Shown: positions 63,901 to 64,000 of the stretch, one piece after another
Layout: the number at the start of each line of letters is the position of its first letter
Position numbering within the stretch: the first letter of the stretch is position 1
NCBI RefSeq assembly: GCF_006345805.1
Contig: NC_043024.1
Location: 1,612,001-1,676,000 of the forward strand
Source of the DNA: Octopus sinensis
Taxonomy: Eukaryota
DNA: 64,000 nucleotides
Direction of reading: 5' to 3'
The notes under the pieces: generated by a model
Database searches by the model: none
Seen by the model: only the letters and a program-made list of their open reading frames with translations
Told to the model about the DNA's origin: nothing
Made by a program: the position numbers and the translations under genes

Positions 63901-64000
63901 AAAGAAAGAGAGAGGGAGGGAGGAAAGAAGGAAGGTAAGTAAGAAGGAAGGAAAAAGGGCGGAAGGAAGGTAAGTAAGAAGGAAAGAAAGAGAGGGAGGG
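51910..64000. repeat. Purine-rich (GA) complex satellite, at least 12 kb, inside the last ERP44 intron
   Basis: Almost only A and G on the + strand. Recurring blocks include GGAAGGTAAGTAAGAAGGAAAGAAAGAGAGGGAGGGAGGAAAGAA and GGAAATAAAGAAA, plus rare landmarks (GATGG, GAGTGGG, GACGG, GGGCGG). It runs off the window end. Confidence 0.97.

Overview
AT-rich, repeat-dense animal genomic DNA. The SINE/LINE families, the (TA)n/(CA)n load and the intron style look like an octopus or other coleoid cephalopod genome; this is recognition from memory, not a search result. Two protein-coding genes are supported, both on the minus strand, and neither is visible as a single ORF. (1) A complete 10-exon gene (about 19.67 kb down to 4.7 kb), rebuilt by hand from GT-AG splice sites with fully phase-consistent joins. 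It encodes a 370-aa signal-peptide protein with two tandem SOUL/HEBP2-like domains. (2) The last coding exon of ERP44 (51590-51709, ending ...SPPESTFKKLKPSRNRYTLVRDEL*). Its upstream intron contains a purine-rich satellite of at least 12 kb (51.9-64 kb) built around a repeated AAGGTAAGT motif. The rest is SINEs of at least five families, LINE remnants (RTE, CR1, R4/Dong-like, ORF1-type CCHC), Penelope-like remnants with hammerhead-ribozyme motifs, mariner and maT/Tc1 remnants, MITEs, Helitron-like elements, microsatellites and one 100-N gap. The best leads are an intact-core hammerhead ribozyme in sense orientation in intron 1 of the SOUL gene, a foldback repeat family with hammerhead-like arms, the tandem-SOUL secreted protein, and the splice-motif satellite. 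Repeat boundaries are approximate (about +/-20 bp); exon boundaries were counted base by base.
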